Shown here: piece by piece, positions 27,485 to 40,215 of the stretch
How the letters are laid out: each line of letters opens with the position of its first letter
Numbering within the stretch: the first letter of the stretch is position 1
From: Octopus sinensis
Taxonomy: Eukaryota
DNA length: 64,000 nt
NCBI RefSeq assembly: GCF_006345805.1
Contig: NC_043002.1
Span: 31,372,001 to 31,436,000 of the forward strand
Direction of reading: 5' to 3'
Program-made: the position numbers and the translations under genes
The notes under the pieces: model-generated
Seen by the model: the letters and a program-made list of their open reading frames with translations, nothing else
Told to the model about the DNA's origin: nothing
Database searches by the model: none

Positions 27485-27735
27485 CATACTAATACATACA
27501 CCAACTAATACATACTAATACGTACTAAACTTACTAATACATACTAATACATACAGCAACCCTATACATACACACGTCCAGACCTCTCATACGCACTTAT
27601 ACTCTCTCATACACCACACACACACTTATACATACTATACGTACTAATACATACTAATACATACTAATACATACACCAACCCCATACATACGCACGTCCA
27701 GACCTATCATACGCACTAATACTCTCTCATACACA

Positions 27736-27777
<42 letters not shown>

Positions 27778-27852
27778 TATACATACAAATACATACTAAT
27801 ACATACACCAACCCTATACATACACACGTCCAGACCTCTCCTACGCACTAAT
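27485..27852 (+). repeat. Three-unit minisatellite (~120-135 bp unit) between the GIY-YIG fragment and the pLTR-like segment
   Basis: caaccc(t/c)atacatac(a/g)cacgtccagacct(c/a)tc(a/c)tacgcact occurs three times. Confidence 0.85.
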
Positions 27853-27879
27853 AGCTGGTCATTCAACCCTATTATCAAC

Positions 27880-28158
27880 CCTATTATCTCCCCTTATTTC
27901 GCTCTCGCGTCTCATGTTTGATCTTTGACATCTGGCCGGAATCAGATCGCCATGTTGATTCGTTAGTTACTGCACGCATTTTTTTTCTCTCCTTCTTTCT
28001 GTGTTTTTTTTCTCTCTGTGTATCTTTCTGTTGAAGAGCGTAGGCTCGAAACGTTAAAGACGTGTTTTATTTATATTTCCTGAGCGCCATACTAATACAA
28101 TTGTTCGTTTGTTTTCCACCTGCCTTCGTCTTTTGTCTATTTTCATAAAGCTTCCCGT

Positions 28159-28160
<2 letters not shown>
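27880..28160 (+). mobile_element. Penelope pLTR-like segment with hammerhead motif, ending at (TA)n
   Basis: Pyrimidine tract, hammerhead motif, tttcctgagcg, T-rich tail; lies downstream of the GIY-YIG fragment. Confidence 0.7.
28023..28060 (+). ncRNA. Minimal type-I hammerhead ribozyme-like motif (core variant CUGUUGA)
   Basis: tcttt-CTGTTGA-A-GAGC-gtag-GCTC-GAAAC-GTT-aaaga. Stem I tcttt/aaaga, stem II GAGC/GCTC, palindromic AACGTT. Confidence 0.68.
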
Positions 28161-28203
<43 letters not shown>

Positions 28204-28533
28204 TCATACACACACACACATATATATAAACACATGCATACATATGCATACAAACATGTCATAATTATGTTTATGTATGTACAGATAAGTTTTCGCTTAG
28301 CACATGCACGCCTCCCACACACACACACGCAAAAACGCATATATGCACATGCATTCACAAACACACACATCCAGACACACAAACCGATAGACACTCACAT
28401 CCACACTATCCTTCTTTATTCCGAAGCTAAATTTCAATTTCCATTTGATGCATATCAACTTAGAACGTAAGGGTGGAGCAGCAGTCTCTGCGCCAAACAT
28501 AAATAGGAAATAATAACAACAACAACAACGGCG

Positions 28534-28622
<89 letters not shown>

Positions 28623-28989
28623 CCAAATGGAGCCTCATGGAATGGTGGAATGGTTGAATGTATATAAGTAAGAAGTCTCAAAGGCAATATCAAAAGAAGA
28701 ATTTTTTTCGCCAGAAGCAGTTATTTACACTGTCGAATAAACAACCGACATCACGCTCAACAGCAACATCAAATTCAGCAACTACAACAACAATAACTTG
28801 AACTACCAAAAGAAGCAGCTGCTGTATGGTTGCTCAACCTTTTAGAAATAGCAGCTAAAATTCTCGGAATCATGCTCTACATTTTTGATAATATACATTT
28901 AACACTGGCTCCCGTGCAAATAAGGAAAGAGCGGTATGCTAACGTTTGAGATTTCTTTGATCATTGGCTTGCGTATTTAGTTCTTCAAG

Positions 28990-29400
28990 ACTACTGTACT
29001 TGGTACTGTCGATGCATCGTTTCAAAAGATGGAAGTGAACTGCTGCCGATAATACATAAGCAAGCAGAAGATTGCAAAGGACCATTGTTCTGGAGTGGAA
29101 CGATACAGCATAGGTACTAGGGTGATGCTGAAGAAGAGGTTGGATGTAACAATAGTGATGTGTGGTGGAGGTAGGAGTGTCTCAAGGGTTCCTGCATTGA
29201 GGAACTAAGTTTCTCGCCAGTTTGTTGATCAGTGGACAAAGTAGCGCATACGTCAGAGAGATGTGAGATAGCATAGTTGTGGGTCACATCATTTATAAGC
29301 AGAGATCACTGCATGAACGTAGGTATTCATATACTCATGTGTTATCCACTATATCAGCTTATTCACCCACATGCACCTGCTATTTTTCCACGTCCAATTA
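28990..29400 (-). pseudogene. Highly decayed CR1/L2/jockey-type LINE 3' ORF fragment
   Basis: Minus-strand peptides SLLIND..PLRH and AVSFHSRTMVLCNLLLAYVLSAAVHFHLLKRCI resemble the C-terminal SFF.RT..LWN.LP..VFP...L..FK motif. Weak similarity. Confidence 0.4.
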
Positions 29401-29724
29401 TCATGTTTCCAAGTCCTTTTGTCTTTTCTGTTTAAACGTTTAAACTATTTCCATTCTCTCGCTGAACGTATCAACTTTAAAGATATATATATATAATGTA
29501 TCTAACAGACACAACAGGTATAAATACGCGTATATATGAGTGTGCATCTGTGTACATATATATTACCTACCTACTTAACTACCTATCTAGCCTCCTACCC
29601 ACATACATACATTCTCACACACGCAAAAGCATATGTCTGTGTGTCTATGTGTGTGTGAGCATATCTATATGCCTTTGTGTGATAATGTTTGTGTCTAAGT
29701 GCTAAAGCTGACTATACGCGCGCA

Positions 29725-29930
29725 ATAAGATTCACAGGCGGTCGTACATCAAATACAAACTAACAGACACCTACAATTCTTACTCTTTTTTTTTTGCTTT
29801 GCCTTTTAATTCACGACATCCCGTTTGCTTCCATCCACCCTGTTCACCCTTATTCACTCTCACCCTTCAATCCCTCTGATACTCTATCTCGCCCCTTCGT
29901 AATTCTATGTGTGCTACAGTTTAATCCAAA
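29725..29930 (+). repeat. Unnamed ~200-bp interspersed repeat (second copy at ~37040-37215, minus strand)
   Basis: Shared attcacagg..acatcaaatacaaacta..ctttgccttttaattc..ccgtttgcttc..gtgctacagtttaat.caaa. Confidence 0.8.
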
Positions 29931-30303
29931 TGTGCATTTCCCACCAATTCGTCCTCCCACAGACATTGTTGAATAATGTTTCTTTAAGCAACAAGACATT
30001 AAAAGGAAATACAGAACAAAAATAAATATACCAAAAGCTGCAAAACAAAATATACACAGCCATTCATAGAAAGCATGAAAGATGATGTAATTCAGAATCT
30101 AACTGATACGAACCAAAGAGGAGGTCTATGCACAATTGCAGAATATGTCAGAAATAGCATACCAGCCAACTCTGTCACAAATTCCACAGAAGGGAATAAT
30201 CGAGATCGTAATACGCAAAAAGATCAGAATAAGAACATCTTTGATAATAAATCTCCTAGTTTGTGATAAACTGGGATTAAATATTATCAATAAAGCTGGA
30301 ACA

Positions 30304-30500
30304 TCTGTTATATAAAACCCGTTCTGTCTGTCTGTGTGTGTGTCTTCAAGGATCTCTGGCATCCTCCGTCCGATTGCGCTCAAATTTGATATGTAGATAC
30401 CGACGGTATCAGGGCATGTATAAGTCTTGAAAAAATTATAAAAATCGATTCCAAGTGAGAATGCGATCGATGAAGCCGTGGAAACGTGCATTTGTAAAAT
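30304..30500 (+). mobile_element. Helitron-like 5' terminus (3' end not identified)
   Basis: a|TCtgttatataaaa..(ctgt)n(gt)n..ccgattgcgctcaaatttg parallels the 5' end of the Helitron at 44974. Confidence 0.45.
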
Positions 30501-31118
30501 CGTTTTTTCTTGGAATAGAAAAAAAGTATATCTTTATTTCTTCTTTTGCTGGTGTCTCAAATTTATGTTAAATCAGTGTCTATGGGACGGTCGGACAAGT
30601 TGTTTTGATAAAATTTGGTTTAAATGTTTGACAACTCAGCACCGTCCATTGGACGGGGGGGGGGCGTTTTGCCCGTTTTTTTATATAATCCTATTTGATA
30701 TAATTTATATTTGCTTGAATTCTATTCCTCATTTTATTTAACGTTATTTCATTTTAATATGGTCCGCTTTTAGAGATTGCGCGCGTGTGTATAGATGCGT
30801 TTGAGTGTATGATAAGTTGTATGTCTATGTATGTTTGTGTGTATAAGAATTAACATAGAGTGTTGCAGCTATATAATATTGATGTGTGCATCCACTCCAA
30901 TTGGTAAAACTGCAATATTTTGTTGGCAGTCAACTATTTAAGCTTGGTTTGGGGCTCTAGTGAGCTAAAATAGACAGCGCCATGTCGACACAGATCGGTA
31001 TTTATCGTACTCTAATAAAGTGAGAAGAGCGGACAGCAGCTGCAGCAATCGGCTAGTAATCAGTATAACTGAACAAATGCAACGTATTGTGAAATATATT
31101 GCTCAAGGACATTATGTA

Positions 31119-31700
31119 CATGGTGGTACCCAAAAGAAAACGGAATTTCGCAATATTATTTTATTTACTGACATTTATATGTTTTCACTACTGTCGTCTT
31201 CAAAGTATTCTCCATTTGAAGCAATGCGTCGGTCTAGACGCGTTTTCTACTATTCGAAGCAGTGCTGGTACTCTTGTGAAATGAAACCTTTTAGCGCCTC
31301 CGTGGCTTTTTTCCTTCTCACCTTCCACATCTTCAAGTTCCGTAGCACCAACTTTCGCCATCAGCGATGACCTTTGAAAAATGGTCCATATCAACTTCCA
31401 GCTGGTCTTTCAGTTCATGACACGCATTCAGTCCTGACTGCTTTTGATCTTCCGTAAGCAAGCGTCATTGTAAGCTGTTTGAAGCATGGCAGTAGTTCCG
31501 ACCTCCATTTTCCTCAGCAGAAAACAGAATTTCACAGAAGCACGCTGTGCCTTCGTTTCAGCCATCGCAAAAGTCGACGAACAGGGGAGAAGCGCTGCAA
31601 AACAAAGAAGTGTCACGTGGTAGTACGTCTGCATCGGTTGACGCCGGTCGGCAGACTGATGCCTGAAGTTTGCATCACGCAGTTTTTTGCGGCGGAAGCC
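31119..31700 (-). mobile_element. Internally deleted mariner element
   Basis: TA followed by catggtggtacccaaaagaaaacggaatt (TIR-like). Minus strand: MAETKAQRASVKFCFLL (ATG 31565), DQKQ..ACHELK..KVIADGESWCYG, and C-terminal RIASNGEYFEDD, with the intervening sequence deleted. Confidence 0.85.
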
Positions 31701-32103
31701 TGGAGATGCAAGAAAACAAATAAAGTTGCTTGGGTTAGATGTAGAAGATATATATACCTGTATACATTTAACGAGAAAGAAGGAAAAGGCTGAAATTTTC
31801 AGATGGCGAATATTCAAGTATAAATTTACAGAGAAAACTAACACAGAGTACAAACACAGAGAAAATCAAAAAGGAGAAGGTATAGTGTTACAAATCCGAC
31901 AGCCGTTTCTGGAGGCTCGGAGTTACTTCATAATGTTGGTAGATGCAGTTTACCAAATTATGCAAACATGGAGTCCGGATTTATCGAATGTTTATTTACT
32001 TTCATTACTAGTTGCATATTTTTGTGAAGTAAACTCATTTCGACACTCGTTTAATGTTATGACGTGAGTTCGAACAAGTCATGATATATCAACAGAGTGT
32101 GTA

Positions 32104-32315
32104 AGGTGTCGAGCAAGCAGAATCGTTAGCACGCCGAGCAAAACAATTAGCAGCATTTCGTCTCCTTTGACGCAATGAAATCAAATTCGGCTGAAGTCAG
32201 CTTTGCCTGTCATCTTTTCGGAGACGATAAAATAAGTACCAGTTGAACATTGGAGTCGATGTAAAATCATTATTCTCTTCCCTGTAATTCCTGCAGTTGT
32301 GCCTAAATTTGAAAC
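32104..32315 (+). mobile_element. SINE group B (short ...gcctaaatttgaaac tail type)
   Basis: gcagaatcgttagcacgccg..ctttgcctgtcatcttttcgg..aaataagtaccagtt. Confidence 0.85.
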
Positions 32316-33254
32316 TGATATATGAAGAGTGCACCATGCTAACCAATAAAATAATAACGTATAAATTACTAGCTGAATTAGGTATATTAACCTGAATATT
32401 TTACGCAATGGAATCTGATGCAGTAAAAATTAATAAAACAAAACAGTACTTCAGTCTGTAACAAGAATTCGAAATCAAAATTATACACTAAACCCAGGTA
32501 TAATATGGGTATATTTGAATCATTTGCCATATAAGACGATGTAGGGAAAACTATAACCTTTCTCCATAGCTTTTTTAGACACTTCGAATAGTGTTATGTA
32601 AAATATTTACAAAATAATTCCAGTGGTAAGACCAAGATTTGAACATCGGTTACTTACATCAGAAAATAGATAATCAACTGTTAGATGATCACAGCTTTAA
32701 GATTAGTAAATTGTAATATATAGAATGAAATAGTACTCTTGTCACAGAGTAAACGGAATTCGAACATGTTACGTGTGATATTGATTGCTAACTAGTGCGA
32801 CATTCTAGATGCAAATTAACACCAACTAGATCGTAATGTTGATAAGAAACATCTACCCATCAAGCAGAATTTTTCCCTCCTGGAAAAAAAAATTAAAACA
32901 TTTACAAAATAACGAAATGCCGTAACCTAGATCAACTCAGATACATCGTGGGATATTGACGCGTAGAAGAACATGTTTATGATCAAGTATTTTACTGTGT
33001 AGTTCAGTATTGATTAAAATCCTTTGTGCCAAAGATAGATCTTTTTTATTACGCTGAGAAGCCTATGGTAAAATATATAAGAAACAAAATAAATTATGAC
33101 TTCAGTTATAGGCTAGGATTAGAACCTGCGCAAGAACAAAAACTGACTATCGCCTATTATTTGAATTAGGAATATAACGTTATTTATCAGTTAAACTAAA
33201 AATACAATTCCATTTTAGAGCAAAATGTTCAAATATAGAACAAATAATTTTCAA

Positions 33255-33590
33255 TATTTTACTTGTTTTAATTCCTTAAACTGCAACCATGCTGGAGCAC
33301 TGCCCCAAAGAACTTATTTTTTAGTAAAACTTGGTACTTATTCTATCGGTATTTTGCTAAATCACTAAGTTACGGGCACGTGAACACACCAAATCCGCTT
33401 GTCAAGCGTTGGTCGGGAACAAGAACAGAACACACATACACAGACATGTACATATATACGACAGGTTTCTTTAAGTTTCCGTCTACTAAATACATTCGCA
33501 AGGCTTTGGTCGAACCGCCGTTATATTAGAAGAAACGTGGTTGGGAAGCAAGCTTCGTACCACACAACAACGCCCTCGCATAGGTGCATA
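33255..33590 (-). mobile_element. Decayed SINE group A
   Basis: ccatgctggagcac..tacttattctatcggt..ttgtcaagcg..tttccgtctac..caaggctttggtcg..taccacac. Confidence 0.8.
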
Positions 33591-34356
33591 TGTTGTGTCT
33601 ATATAAAACATATAAACTATTAAACTTACTTACCATCAATCAGTCCTTCCATTCGCTGTCTCAGCAGTTTGATTAATACACGCTACAAGCGAATGTACTG
33701 ATATGCAAATGAATAAAAGCTCTCTCGGTGATTCAAGGCATCGTTTAAATAAATATTTCTAAACCACTGACTGTCTGCATATCTCTCTCTGTTTCTCTTT
33801 TTATCTGTTTATCAGTCTGAAGCTGTTACTCAGTATATAAGAATATATCCCGCTTTCTGTTAAATGAAGTAAACACATCTAGCGAGCTGATAAAAATCAA
33901 GTGCAACTAGTGAAGCGTTTATTTCGATTTTTCTACTGCAATAGCCCTGTGCTTTAAGTCAAGGGGTTTATTTACAAAATGGTGGTAAATGTATGTTTAT
34001 CAAACTTTTACATGGGAACTTATTTAAAATTTAACCTCACACATTAAGTGTATACTATTTCAGTACTCTAGTTAATACAAGTGAGCGTATTTGTGTGACT
34101 ATGTATGTATGTATGCCTGCATGCATGTGTGAATATAGCATAACCGCAGTCAAAGTGACTGAAACGAGTAAAAGAATAAAAGAAAATATATGTGTGTACA
34201 CATATATATGTATATATGTGTATGACTGTGTATAATATATATATATACATATATGTGCATAAACACATATATAAATGTTTAATTACATATCTATACGTAT
34301 ACATACACATGTAAATTTGCAGACATATAAACATGTATATTATACATATATATGTA

Positions 34357-34403
<47 letters not shown>

Positions 34404-34981
34404 GGAAAGAGAGAGAGAGAGAGGGAGAGGGAGAGAGAGACGCGCATATGTATTGCATATATAAAAATATGTACGTATAAATGTATATACACAGACGCAC
34501 TTAGGCACATACACACACACACACACACATATACCTCCACACACACACACACATGCATATACACATATTTCTATACGTATGTGTGTGATATATGTGTGCG
34601 TAAAATGCTTGTCGGTTTATTTATATTGATATGTAAATAATACTATAATTTTTGCGAGATTTCGTTGTAATCCTATCTTTTAAAATAAGCTGTTTATCAT
34701 AAATAATTGGTGCTATTAAAGCTTCCCTGTATTACTTCAGGAGTAGTGGGACGTAATGGAAGTCTGTGAGCTTTTGAAACAGTTTAATTTCATCTTTTAT
34801 CCCTTTCCTTTAAAGATTTATGCCAATTAATCGCCCAGCTTGTTCGCTCTTAACTGCCACTGTATTGGCGAGCCTGGTAATTTTCGTACGTTTTTATACC
34901 ATAGTGTCTGTGGGGGAAGAAAATTGGCCAATAAATAATAATAATAATAATAATACTATAATAATAATAATAATAATAATT

Positions 34982-35490
34982 TATTTCTTTATTGCCCACA
35001 GTGGAATAAACGTAGAGGGGACAAACAAGGACAGTCAAAGGGATTAAGTCGATTACATCGACCCCAGTGCGTAACTGGTACTTATTATTTAATCGACTCG
35101 ACCCCGAAAGGATGAAAGGCAAAGTCGACCACGGCGGAATTTGAACTCAGAACGTAACGGTAGATGAAATACCGCTATGCATTTTGCCCTGCGCGCTAAT
35201 GATTCTGGTTTCAAATTTTGGCACAAGGCCAGCAATTTTGAAGGAGGGCAAGTCGTACTTATTCTATCGACGTCAAAACTGATGAAAGGCAAATTCGACC
35301 GGGAGGACATTTAAACTGTATGATGATGATGATGATGATGATGTTTTAGATCTAGGACCAGCAATTTGAAGTGGAATGAGTTAGTTAATATGCTGGTCTT
35401 CAGTACATAGACGGCATTTTATTCTAGCCAGCCATAATGAATAAATGGTAACGTTGATCTCGACGGGATTTGAATTTAGAATGGAGACAT
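34982..35490 (-). mobile_element. Cluster of three SINE group B copies (one long-tail, two short-tail/decayed)
   Basis: Same diagnostic motifs as 41423-41642; (AAT)n and (GAT)n spacers. Confidence 0.85.
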
Positions 35491-36799
35491 TGAGCTACGT
35501 GATGTCAATGGCATAACAACGGAAGGCAAAGTCAAAGATTTTTCCACTGACAACACTAAGGACAGGCGGATACCAAAAGGAGATCATCAGAGAGACGGAA
35601 ATACGGCATCAGGTGGAAGAAAGAGATATAATCCTTTGCACAATTAGTGCACCAGGGGACATAGGCTCAATAGAAATTATCTAAGTAGAATACATAGGGG
35701 GATCCGTGGCAATTGGAACATTACCTTAATTTTTTTTACAGCTGGAAGCAATGTATAGAGCATTCTCGAGGCGAAAAAATCGTCACATGTGAAGCACATG
35801 AGAGGATCAGCCACATATGTTATTTTACGAAGAGTAGCATCCTGGCAGATATCTTGTCAGAATGTAACTAAATATAGCAAAGCATTTTGTACAAGGACCT
35901 CATGATTCCGCCAGAATCTATTCATGACACTTGCTAATAAGTAGAAGCATGAGAGGTAGGGGAAGTGAACGTCATGAATCAAGACTTCGGTGTAGTTGGA
36001 TGAGAAAAACAATGAACCAAAAGAATAAAATAATCTTCTACAAACGGTCGAACCTTGGAATATGATTGTAAAACTAGGGCAAACATAATCGAGACTGTCC
36101 TTAGGTCGAAAGTTGTGCTGGCTTCTGAAGAATCGAAGCTCATCCAGAAGAATGTAACGAAGCCTTTGAGCAGAAGAGAGGCAGATACCAGAATATTTGG
36201 ACGATTGCTGAGGTTGCAAACAAGAACACGAAGAGTGATTTCAGAATAAAAGTAAGAAAACAATTAAGAAAGCGGTACAACTAGACAGCTTGCGTGTCTT
36301 CAGCCACAGGATGCAGAATCATTGTAGCTTCGGCGTAGAGTAACAACTTCAAATAATGCGCGCGCACACATACTCACACATTCACAAGCACACACACACA
36401 CACATACACAAACCCACACAAACACACACACATACACACATTCACACTCCCGTATTTTAAGTAAAGTGTTAAACATTTATCTTATGCAAGTTAGTAGCTT
36501 CAGTGACCTGTAGCTATAGACTTGTTGAGTGTGTAGCCAAATTAGATCATATTTCTCCGAGGTTGTCAAATGATGTAAGACACCTCTAATGACAGCCAAG
36601 TAAGGTTTTAAAATCGATTATGAATGTTTAACCTTTTTTTTTCAAGGATAGAATATGGTAATATCCTATACGAAAATAATAGCATTTAAAAAAGATCATA
36701 AACATAAATTAGGTTATGACTGGAAGATAAGTTTACGCAAATTTACCAGCCAAAGCCTTCCACTATGATATGAAAACAGTTTTAGACACTGCCACGATA

Positions 36800-36930
36800 G
36801 AAAGCAGTTGCTCAGAGTGCCACTACTTGGCGCTATGGGCAACTACTGTATTCTTCTGTTGCCTAGCCCCATTCAAAGACTTCTGAGTAAATTTTCTGGG
36901 CGGAAACTGAAAGAAGCCCGTCACCATATA
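36800..36930 (+). mobile_element. Decayed SINE group A 5' half
   Basis: ..ggcggaaactgaaagaagcccgtc followed by (TA)(TG) repeats. Confidence 0.6.
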
Positions 36931-36974
36931 TATATGTGTGTGTGTGTGTGTGTGTATGTGTGTTAGAAGTAATA

Positions 36975-37240
36975 TTCTTTTATTCGTTTACTTGTTTCAG
37001 TCATCTGACTGCGATCCTGCTGGAGCATCATCTGGTTTGTATTAAACTGTAGCACGCATAGAGTAGCAAAAGGGTGAGATTGTGTGTCAAATGCAACGTA
37101 GGAGGGTGCGAGAGAATTACGGTGGGCGGGACGTGGGATAGAAGCAAACGGAACATCGAGAATTAAAAGGCAAAGAGAGAAGGATAGTTTGTATTTGATG
37201 TGCAACCACCTGTGAATTCATGGGCGAGCGTATAGTCATA
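36975..37240 (-). mobile_element. Unnamed repeat joined to a SINE group A-type 3' tail
   Basis: Body matches 29725-29930; the 3' end reads atgctccagcaggatcgcagtcagatgactgaaacaagtaaacgaataaaagaata. Confidence 0.75.
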
Positions 37241-37301
37241 GAGTGAAACGAAGTCCGAGACTTTCGTGCGTTGGCACTGTAACTAACTCTCTCTTTAATC
37301 C

Positions 37302-37601
37302 CTTTACTCTTTTACTTGCTGCAGTTATTTGACTGCGGCCATGCTGGAGCACCGCCTTTAGTCGAGCAGATCGACTACAGGACTTATTCTTCGTAAGCCT
37401 AGTACTTATTCTCTCGGTCTCTTTTGCCGAACCGCTAAGTTACGGGGACCTAAACACCTCAGCAACTGTTGTCAAGCGATGTTGGGGGACAAACATAGAC
37501 ACACAAACATATTCACACACATACATACATACATACATACATACATACTACATACATACATACATACAACATACATACATACATGCATGCATATATATAT
37601 A

Positions 37602-37682
<81 letters not shown>

Positions 37683-37860
37683 CCTACATACATATATACG
37701 ACGGGCTTCTTTCAGTTTCCGTCTACCAAATCCACTCAGAAGGCTTTGGTCGGCCCAAAGCTATAGTAGAAGACACTTGCCCAGGTACCACGCAGTGGGA
37801 CTGAACCCAGAACCATGTAGTTGGTAAGCAAGCTACTTACCACAAAGCCACCATTGCGCC

Positions 37861-37902
<42 letters not shown>

Positions 37903-37907
37903 ATATA

Positions 37908-37940
<33 letters not shown>

Positions 37941-38122
37941 TATATATATATATATATTATATATATATATATCTGACGGGCTTCTTTCAATTTCCATCTA
38001 CCAAAGCCACTGACAAGTATTTGATCGTCCCGGGGCTATAGTAGAAGACACTTGTCTAAAGTGCCACGCAATGGGACTGAACCCGGACCCATGTTGTTGG
38101 GAAGCAAGCTTCTTTCCACATA
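37302..38122 (-). mobile_element. SINE group A full copy (37302-37862, ~207-bp internal microsatellite) plus a 5'-half copy (37973-38122)
   Basis: Reverse complement of 21249-21655. Confidence 0.9.
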
Positions 38123-38789
38123 AACACACATACACACACACACATAAGATATGTGAGTGAGTGTGAGTGCTCGTTTGTGTATGCGTGTGTATGTAAGTAT
38201 GTGTGTCTGCGTGTCAGTGCATGTGAGTGTATGTGTGTGTCTGTGTGATAAGAAAGAAGGGGAGGGAGAGAAAGAGAAGCAGAGTTAAAAAGCCAGCCAA
38301 AAACAGACGGACTGACTGACTGACAGAAAGGCAAAGAGAATGTAGTAAAATTGATGGATAATTAGATAGTTAGCTAGATGGTAGATAGATGGATTGATAA
38401 ATCATTTCCATTCCGTTATCTCAACAGAACTCTACGAGGAAATTAATTCCTCGACAGAAGTGTCCCACATGTTCTTAGAAGTCAGGGATCAAGTTACCAT
38501 GTCGAGTTGGGGTGTAATTCTTGACCCGATGCCTTTTGTAAGAACCCTTCACCACTCTGAAACATCACAAAAGCATACGCACGGTACTTACACACACACA
38601 CACATCGTCACTAAGCCCGACAAAAGTAGAAACGTACACAATCATCACGTAAACACACACCCCTGAACACACGAACGCACCCTTTTATTTGGGTATATGC
38701 ACACACCACACACCTTTCTCTTTATTAGCGTGAGGTGTCATGCTGACGGTACCAATAGTGGTAGGAGTAACAGCAACATCAGTTACTGA

Positions 38790-39333
38790 AGGGGAAGGAG
38801 GAGGAGGAGAAGAAGGAGAAGAAGTAGAAGGAGGGGAGGAGGATAGACAGAGAGGGAGAAGCATAAGAAGTAGAAGGAGAAGAAGAAGAAGAAGAAGAAG
38901 AAGAAGAAAAAGAAGGAGAAGGAGAAAGAGGGGAAGGCGGAGAGGAAGAAGAAGAAAAAAGAGAAGGAGGAGGAGGAGGAGACGGAGAGGGAGAAGCATA
39001 AGAAGAAGTAGAAGAAGAAGGAGAAGGAGAAGGAGGGGGAGGCGGAGAAGAAGAAGAAGAAGAAGAAAAAGAAGAAAAAGAAGATAAAGAAGAAGAAGGG
39101 TGGAGGTAAAGAAGCGGCAGAAGCCTCATTTCCATTACTACTACTACTACTACTAAAAGACAATAATAATTTCTTATATTAGCCACAAGGGTATAGATGT
39201 GAGGGGAGATCAGTAGCAGACATAGCAGAACCAGTGGCAGCAGCTGGTAGCAGCTGGCAACAGCAGATGTAGTAGTAGTAGTAGTAGTAGTAGTAGCAGT
39301 AGTAGTAGTAGTAGTAGTAGTAGCAGTAGTAGC

Positions 39334-39381
<48 letters not shown>

Positions 39382-39560
39382 TGTTGTTGTTGTTGTTGTT
39401 GTAGTAACAGCAGCAGCAACAGTAGTAGTAGTAGCAGCAGTAGTAGTAGTAGTAGTAGTAGTAGTAACAGCAGCAGCAGTAGTAGTAGTAGTAACAGCAG
39501 CAGCAGTAGTAGTAGTAGTAGTAGTAGTAGTAACAGCAGCAGTAGTAGTAGTAGTAGTAA

Positions 39561-39628
<68 letters not shown>

Positions 39629-39660
39629 ACAGCAGCAGCAGTAGTAGTAGTAGTAGTAGT
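38790..39660. repeat. Large compound trinucleotide region: (AGA/AGG)n, (CTA)n, (GTA/GCA/GTT)n
   Basis: Direct reading; source of the 371-aa poly-T/S/A ORF. Confidence 0.95.
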
Positions 39661-40118
39661 GCTTTTAGTTATTTTATTTTTTGGTGCATTTGATGCTGTT
39701 TTTTTTTTTGTTTTTTTCTTGGTTTTTGATGAAGTTCCACTTAGTATTATTTGATAGCAAGAAAGTAGAAGTCTTTGATAGTTAATGGGGCGTTTGACGG
39801 GCTGCTTAAGTTCAGGGGCCACCCCCAAAGGCGGCCGGCTGAAATGTGAGGGAGGGCGCGAGAGAGAGACTAGATAAACTGCAGGGGGAATCACAGGGGA
39901 AAGAATTTGAATTTAGATAGACGAGATAAATGAATAGGTAGATGGGGTATGTGGATAACGAGGTAGAGTCATATAAATATGTTGAAAGTTGGATAAGTAG
40001 ATGGTTAAATGGATATGAGATGAAGAGATAGATAGATAGATGGATAAATAGGTAGATAGATGAATGGCTCAGCCGCTCCGTCTACATGGCCGCTTGCCTG
40101 TTTGTCTGACTGCCTGTT

Positions 40119-40168
<50 letters not shown>

Positions 40169-40215
40169 TCGCTCTCTGCACATATGCCTGTGAGAACGTG
40201 TATGTATATAGGTAT

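Noticed and set aside
35850-36260. Possible RTE-type RT remnant (KIIFYK..VEP.LEYDCKT ~ K.IF..VE..LLYGCETW)
   Set aside because: A single short frameshifted resemblance; not enough to call.
38779-39894. 371-aa Thr/Ser/Ala-rich ORF resembling a mucin
   Set aside because: It is a translation of (GTA/GCA/AGA)n microsatellites; no signal peptide, domain or splice context.
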